Positions 59,633 to 64,000 of a stretch of 64,000 nt of DNA are shown here, in pieces. Made by a program: the position numbers and the translations under genes. This stretch comes from Chloroflexota bacterium (GTDB taxonomy: Bacteria; Chloroflexota; Dehalococcoidia; UBA2979): positions 477,479 through 541,478 of the forward strand of contig PBBA01000006.1 in the NCBI GenBank assembly GCA_002716405.1, given 5' to 3'. How positions within the stretch are numbered: the stretch's first letter is position 1; every line of letters starts with the position of its first letter. The notes beneath the pieces are model-generated. The model saw only the letters and a list, made by a program, of their open reading frames with translations. It was not told where the DNA came from and ran no database searches.

Positions 59633-61222
59633 ATGATCAGAACAGTTTTTTTTCCCATGCATTACCGCGTATTGGTGATGATCGCTATTGCCTGCAGCCT
59701 TGCATTTATTACAGGATGTTCAGGAGATTCCTCTGATTCTTCTGCGGCAGCAACGGCAGCACCAGCGGTAGCAACGACAGCACCAGCGGCAGCAACGACA
59801 GCACCAGCGGTAGCAACGACAGCACCAGCGGCAGCAACAACAGCACCAGCGGCAGCAACAACAGCACCAACGGCAGTAACGACAGCACCAGCGGTAGCAA
59901 CAACAGCACCTTCACTTACAGCAAGTATTTCCGCTACAAAGAAAGTAGCACCACCGACAGTTACTACAACCACAACAGGTCCAAAATATGTGTTTACTGA
60001 TGTTAGTGCGCCAACATCAGTATCGATTCCTGATGGTGCATTACCCAGTGGTGTCACAATTGTTCCAGAATTATGGGAAGAAAAACGCACTGATCCTGAT
60101 TCAGGAGTAGTGATCACTGAAAAGGTCTTTAAATTTGGATCGGAACATGTGGAGTTGAGTAAACCAGCACAGATCGAATTTGAAGTCCCTAAAGCAATGA
60201 ATCTCTTATTGGTTCGATCTGTAGATGATGCAGGAAATCCTATTGCTGGTGCGAGTGCCCCTACGATCACTCGTAGTACTACATCTTCAGGGACAACGAC
60301 TGTGACTGCGGAAGTGGATCATTTTAGTAATTATGTCTTTGCTTATACAAACTGGAATATCGTACGTGGTGACAGGCAAGATATTGCGAAGTACTTCAAT
60401 ATTTCTGAGATATCGCAAACATCCTATCAATCTAAAGTTGGGGAAACAGTGGAAATTCCGTTTGCTGCCAATACGGTACCTCCAGGTTTAAGTACGTACA
60501 TGAACGATTTTATGGTAGGTGTTCATAGTCAGGATAATCATATCATTATTGGTTCAAAATCCGCGGTACATGCAGACTATGGAGATTCTGATCCACACAT
60601 AAGGGCTTGGGTAACTGGTGATGAGCTAGAATATGAGGTGTTACGGTCCTGGAAGATAGCATTTGCTTACTGGCTGCCTGTAACGAACTCTTCGTTGCAT
60701 ATTGAATGTGTCAAACCAGGAAACTACGAGTTTGAACTCGAATTTGAGAGCGAGCTTACGCTGTTTGGTAGAGAACTAGAGAGTTTTCAAGCTGGGCAAT
60801 CGTTCATTGCTCTGTTTAACAGCGATAGTCTACTATTGGCAACCAAACAGCTAACAGGTGCGTACTTAGATTTGTCCTATGGCCGTGAAGCTGACATATC
60901 CATCAACTGTGTAAAGATAGAGGAGGCACCTAAAGTGTGTACCGGGCAAATACCACATGTAGTCTATGGTGTTGGTGCGACAGCAGGATCGACCATTGAG
61001 ATATATCTTGCCAGCAGTGCTATCGCACAATCATCTGCACGTTCTGTAACGTCAGTGGTTGTTGGATCAGACGGATCGTGGGGTCCTGTCAATCTTGACG
61101 ATGGGTGTGTAGGGCAGACAATACTTTTCAAAGTTGATGGAGAGTGGATGTCTCAGAGTGATACATGGTCAGCTGGAGGAGTGCCTCCTGATCCAGTCGG
61201 TGGCTATCAGTTAACTCCGTAG
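59633..61222 (+). CDS. secreted lipoprotein with an (A-T-T-A-P-A-A/V)x8 linker and a large domain of unknown function
   Basis: Signal peptide plus lipobox FITGC, S/D-rich spacer, eight heptad repeats, then about 430 aa with no recognisable family. Confidence 0.7.
   Translation: MIRTVFFPMHYRVLVMIAIACSLAFITGCSGDSSDSSAAATAAPAVATTAPAAATTAPAVATTAPAAATTAPAAATTAPTAVTTAPAVATTAPSLTASISATKKVAPPTVTTTTTGPKYVFTDVSAPTSVSIPDGALPSGVTIVPELWEEKRTDPDSGVVITEKVFKFGSEHVELSKPAQIEFEVPKAMNLLLVRSVDDAGNPIAGASAPTITRSTTSSGTTTVTAEVDHFSNYVFAYTNWNIVRGDRQDIAKYFNISEISQTSYQSKVGETVEIPFAANTVPPGLSTYMNDFMVGVHSQDNHIIIGSKSAVHADYGDSDPHIRAWVTGDELEYEVLRSWKIAFAYWLPVTNSSLHIECVKPGNYEFELEFESELTLFGRELESFQAGQSFIALFNSDSLLLATKQLTGAYLDLSYGREADISINCVKIEEAPKVCTGQIPHVVYGVGATAGSTIEIYLASSAIAQSSARSVTSVVVGSDGSWGPVNLDDGCVGQTILFKVDGEWMSQSDTWSAGGVPPDPVGGYQLTP
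59750..59917 (+). repeat. tandem 21-bp repeat, 8 units (in-frame, coding)
   Basis: gcaacgacagcaccagcggya repeated head to tail with a few substitutions; visibly more GC-rich than its surroundings. Confidence 0.9.
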
Positions 61223-61248
61223 TGCTGACTGCAGTTATTCAATTCAAT

Positions 61249-61286
61249 CAAAAAAACCCCTCTCCGATCGGAGAGGGGTTTTTTTA
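61249..61286. terminator. bidirectional intrinsic terminator
   Basis: A7, CCCCTCTCCGA/TCGGAGAGGGG perfect palindrome, T7; lies between convergent genes. Confidence 0.85.
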
Positions 61287-61304
61287 GTGTACTAACGTAG
61301 TGAC

Positions 61305-61988
61305 TTAGCCATCTTGTGACATCTTAAGACCACGTGAAACTGCCCAAATGGTAATCAGTATGAAAGCTAGTCCACCAAGCTGACTTCCTGATTCAACACT
61401 GACAAAGTTGTTAAGAATGAGCGTGGAGAATAACAAAATTACTCCAGCTGCAATTGCGACCCATCCGAGTGGAAGGAAAGAAATTGCGCCTTTGACATCA
61501 CTATCTTTATAGGCGAGTCCAAGTGACAACCAGCCGATACCGGCAAGTAGTCCACCTAAACTATTGGCTCCTATGCTTGCAGCATTAGTGAATCCACCCG
61601 CAATTGCGATGTTACCAGCTGTTGCAGCATCTCCAGCAGCACTTGCAGCAACAAAACGTTCACCCATTTCGATCAGTGCAACTCCGAACCCAATGCTCGT
61701 TACCCATACTGCAATGGAAGCGATGATACAAAAAATTCCTAAACTTTCGCATGAACCAGATACTGTCCCTTTGGTTGCAAGTAATCCAGCTGCATGAACA
61801 ACTAAACCAACACCTATAAGTGTGAGTGCAATTTTAATGGCTGTAGCACCAGATGCGCTATTTGCAAGTATTGTTGTTATATCGTCTGTTTTTGTGTCGA
61901 AACCTATTTGGGTTTGCCACAAGATGTAACCTACAATTCCAGCCAATACTCCTAGTGCCATTGCGCGACCAGCGCTTTTGGTATCCAT
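61305..61988 (-). CDS. hypothetical integral membrane protein (about 6 TM segments, Gly/Ala-rich)
   Basis: ATG at 61988 (MDTKSAGR...) with AGGAAGGA 5 nt upstream. Confidence 0.65.
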   Translation of the reverse strand: MDTKSAGRAMALGVLAGIVGYILWQTQIGFDTKTDDITTILANSASGATAIKIALTLIGVGLVVHAAGLLATKGTVSGSCESLGIFCIIASIAVWVTSIGFGVALIEMGERFVAASAAGDAATAGNIAIAGGFTNAASIGANSLGGLLAGIGWLSLGLAYKDSDVKGAISFLPLGWVAIAAGVILLFSTLILNNFVSVESGSQLGGLAFILITIWAVSRGLKMSQDG

Positions 61989-62033
61989 AAAGATCCTTCC
62001 TATTGTGTTTGTTATTAACACCTAACAGTTAAG

Positions 62034-62122
62034 ATCATATATAAATTAGTCTGATTCGTACACTATTAAATGATGAAATGTATATATAAGTGTACATTTC
62101 ATCATATATAAATTAGTCTGAT
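62034..62122. repeat. 22-bp direct repeat pair flanking and overlapping a perfect 13-bp inverted repeat
   Basis: ATCATATATAAATTAGTCTGAT at 62034-62055 and 62101-62122. ATGATGAAATGTA (62070-62082) pairs with TACATTTCATCAT (62093-62105). Confidence 0.8.
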
Positions 62123-62195
62123 GAACAGTGAATGCACACTCCTATTATGTCAAAAAGAAGTGTGTATTCATGAATGTGCAAGTAAAAAACGATTC

Positions 62196-62477
62196 CTAGA
62201 AAAGTGCTGGAGGTGGTTCCATAACAGGTGTAATGACAAAGTCTCCTGTTTTTTTGCATTGCCCAATTGTTTTTTCTATATCAGAATATGTCGCTGCTTC
62301 CATTAAGAGGAAAAACGTGTGTTCAGTAGCATTTACTTGAAAAAACTGTATTTCTACGTTGTTTTCGTGAGCGTTTGCTTTAACCTGTTTCCACAAACCC
62401 ATCGTCTCCTCATCCGCATTGGGGCCTCCGAAACAAGTTTCTGCGGTATGTGTGTGAGTAATATGGTAAGCAGACAT
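62196..62477 (-). CDS. hypothetical small protein
   Basis: 93-aa ORF with AAGGAG 6 nt upstream of the ATG. Confidence 0.55.
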   Translation of the reverse strand: MSAYHITHTHTAETCFGGPNADEETMGLWKQVKANAHENNVEIQFFQVNATEHTFFLLMEAATYSDIEKTIGQCKKTGDFVITPVMEPPPALF

Positions 62478-62568
62478 AGATTTCTCCTTGCTAGAGATAT
62501 TTGATATCTAATATTAACGTATTTAAATACGATTAATCTACTGTAAAGTTTGTGTGTTGTAGAAAAGA

Positions 62569-62991
62569 CTAAACTTCTCTTGCAGTGATTCGTTCGATTA
62601 CTATTTCGAAAAGTGCAACTTGATCCGCGGTCATATCTTTGTAACCATTGGCAAATTTTTGTCCTTCTGTCTCACCGTAATATTTTTGTGCCATTCGTAA
62701 TACGACGGGATACATTAATTCATCTTGATCACTTTTGCGTACAGCACGTCCATCAATTATGACTGATTTATATGGTGGATCAGGATCGTCAATGCATAAA
62801 GAAACACGGTTGTCTTTTTCTATATTTTTCCATTTGAGTGATTGTGTCGACGTAAAGAGAAGTAAACCATGTTCACTCCAATCGTGCCAAATTGCACGCG
62901 TACGTGGGGCACCACCTGCATCAAGTGTTGCTAATGTGCTAACCAAAGGTTGCTTCAAAAATTCAGATATATTTTCAGGGATTTCATTCAT
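62569..62991 (-). CDS. PPOX-class (pyridoxamine 5'-phosphate oxidase-like, probably F420/FMN-binding) protein
   Basis: Split-barrel pattern: LVSTLATLDAGGAPRTRAIW...RVSLCIDD...VIIDGRA. Confidence 0.72.
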   Translation of the reverse strand: MNEIPENISEFLKQPLVSTLATLDAGGAPRTRAIWHDWSEHGLLLFTSTQSLKWKNIEKDNRVSLCIDDPDPPYKSVIIDGRAVRKSDQDELMYPVVLRMAQKYYGETEGQKFANGYKDMTADQVALFEIVIERITAREV

Positions 62992-63123
62992 CTTTATCTC
63001 TCATCGTTTATTGCATTTGCTGCAATGATTATCTAGGCGTGACATATTTTCTATTATATAGAGTGGCCATTAAGATCGGCATAGAAGCTACCTCCCTTAA
63101 TGACCTTTCACAGTATAGCCAAT

Positions 63124-63339
63124 TTACCAACTAGGGGGTTGATTCCGAGCCCACACAGCAATTGATATGAGTACTGTTGCTAAAAGTATTCCAAATACCA
63201 AACCCCAATTAATCTTCGTATTGAAAATATACATTTTTTGAAGATCGTTGAGTAGATTGCTCAATTGGTCTTGTTTGACGAGGTAGATGTTGTAAGGTGG
63301 TTCTGTCATATATATATAGGTCTTAGCGCAAAATCTCAC
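63124..63339 (-). CDS. possible small tail-anchored membrane protein
   Basis: ORF with a C-terminal TM segment, but no convincing SD or start codon. Confidence 0.3.
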   Translation of the reverse strand: MRFCAKTYIYMTEPPYNIYLVKQDQLSNLLNDLQKMYIFNTKINWGLVFGILLATVLISIAVWARNQPPSW

Positions 63340-63377
63340 ACTAGTGGGTCTATATGAAATTTTTTGAAGGAGTTAAT

Positions 63378-63647
63378 ATGAAATTGTTAGGACGTTTTTC
63401 TGTTACTAAAGGTTATGAACATTGGAAATCAGTATTTGATGCACATGCTCCAGCTAGAGAAGAAGCTGGAATAACAACAGTATTTACAGGAATGCAAGCT
63501 GACGATCCGAGCATTGTACATGTGTGTTTGGAAGTTGACAGCTTTGAGGGTATCCAGGAATTTATGCAAAAACCTGAAAATGCACAAGTGATACAAGAAG
63601 CAGGAGTGATTGTAGAAACACAAGTAATGACACCTATTATTGAGTGA
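63378..63647 (+). CDS. hypothetical small protein
   Basis: ATG at 63378 with GAAGGAG 5 nt upstream (MKLLGRFSV...). Confidence 0.55.
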   Translation: MKLLGRFSVTKGYEHWKSVFDAHAPAREEAGITTVFTGMQADDPSIVHVCLEVDSFEGIQEFMQKPENAQVIQEAGVIVETQVMTPIIE

Positions 63648-63679
63648 TTTTAATAGAACAAGGAAAATGAGGTATCGAT

Positions 63680-64000
63680 ATGGCTGTAGTAAATTTTCTT
63701 TCAGACATTCGTAATGCAACAGTTGCTAACGCGGTAATTGTCGTCTTTCACATATACATTGCTTTTGCGATCGAAGGGTTAAGTTTCCTCGTTATTGTCA
63801 TTCCAGTGGGAGCTTTGATTGCAGGGGCGTATTACTTTAAAGGTAAGATTGGAGCGGCTTTACTTGCCCTTCCAACACTTGCTTACCTACTTATTGTGCC
63901 AGATATGTTGGAAGCACTTACAACATCAGGTGGCGATGAGGACATAGGATGGTTCACTTATGTAATAATCCCCTTTTGGTTATTTACTATCCTACTGAAC
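63680..64000 (+). CDS. hypothetical membrane protein, N-terminal part (runs off the window)
   Basis: ATG at 63680; 107 codons open to the window end; several hydrophobic segments. Not in the ORF track. Confidence 0.5.
   Translation, partial: MAVVNFLSDIRNATVANAVIVVFHIYIAFAIEGLSFLVIVIPVGALIAGAYYFKGKIGAALLALPTLAYLLIVPDMLEALTTSGGDEDIGWFTYVIIPFWLFTILLN

Noticed and set aside
59750-59917. Possible CRISPR array
   Set aside because: The repeats are contiguous with no spacers, only 21 bp long, in-frame and coding. No cas genes are present.
59662-60270. Long antisense ORFs (59662..60270 and 59709..59915) across the 21-bp repeat region
   Set aside because: They are low-complexity translations of the reverse strand of a GC-rich in-frame repeat. 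The sense strand carries a signal peptide, a lipobox and a continuous 529-aa ORF.
62121-62306. Cys-rich 61-aa plus-strand ORF
   Set aside because: It has no SD. It overlaps, in antisense, the 3' part of the better-supported minus-strand gene 62196..62477 and the repeat-rich intergenic region.

Overview
This is a 64-kb window from a low-GC, densely coding bacterial chromosome (about 75 genes on both strands).

**Housekeeping block (about 1-47 kb).**
- It runs from the purA 3' part through dapA-asd-dapB, proB, a YihY-family gene, ileS, a zinc-ribbon protein, murJ, rpsT, a RodZ-like gene, rimO, scpB, fabF and folC.
- A gluconeogenic trio follows: class-1 FBPase, archaeal-type class-I aldolase, and a divergent FBP aldolase/phosphatase homologue.
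- Next come rdgB, moaA, moaC, tsaD, CIRCE-groES-groEL, an M16 peptidase, two MBL-fold hydrolases, a MutY/Nth-like glycosylase, lysA, holB, PSP1/ricT, a rhodanese, an SDR, a DinB-family gene and ridA.
- The block ends with an origin-type cluster: parB-parA-(PfkB kinase)-jag-yidC-(PQQ lipoprotein)-yidD-rnpA-rpmH.

**Accessory block (about 48-59.5 kb).** This is an oxidative/catabolic set: CaiB-type CoA-transferase, EamA transporter, amidase, enolase-superfamily dehydratase, GMC oxidoreductase, SDR, double hotdog protein, MDR reductase, ALO/GULO-type FAD oxidase and PaaI thioesterase. After it come a secreted tandem-repeat lipoprotein and several small or membrane proteins.

**Not found.** I saw no rRNA, tRNA, CRISPR array, transposase, integrase, phage gene or recognisable defence gene.

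**Most notable observations.**
1. A peroxiredoxin gene has an in-frame TGA exactly at the peroxidatic Cys codon, followed by a hairpin. It is a predicted selenoprotein that the ORF track misses.
2. An intact FBP aldolase/phosphatase homologue appears to have lost its catalytic motifs and has no canonical start codon.
3. yidC and jag overlap by 107 nt, and the codon choice there is consistent with selection on both frames.
4. PSP1/ricT is split by a -1 frame change at an A8 slippery run.

**Limits.** The gene content resembles marine Chloroflexota (SAR202-like), but that is inference only. All family calls rest on motifs recognised by eye; no searches were run.
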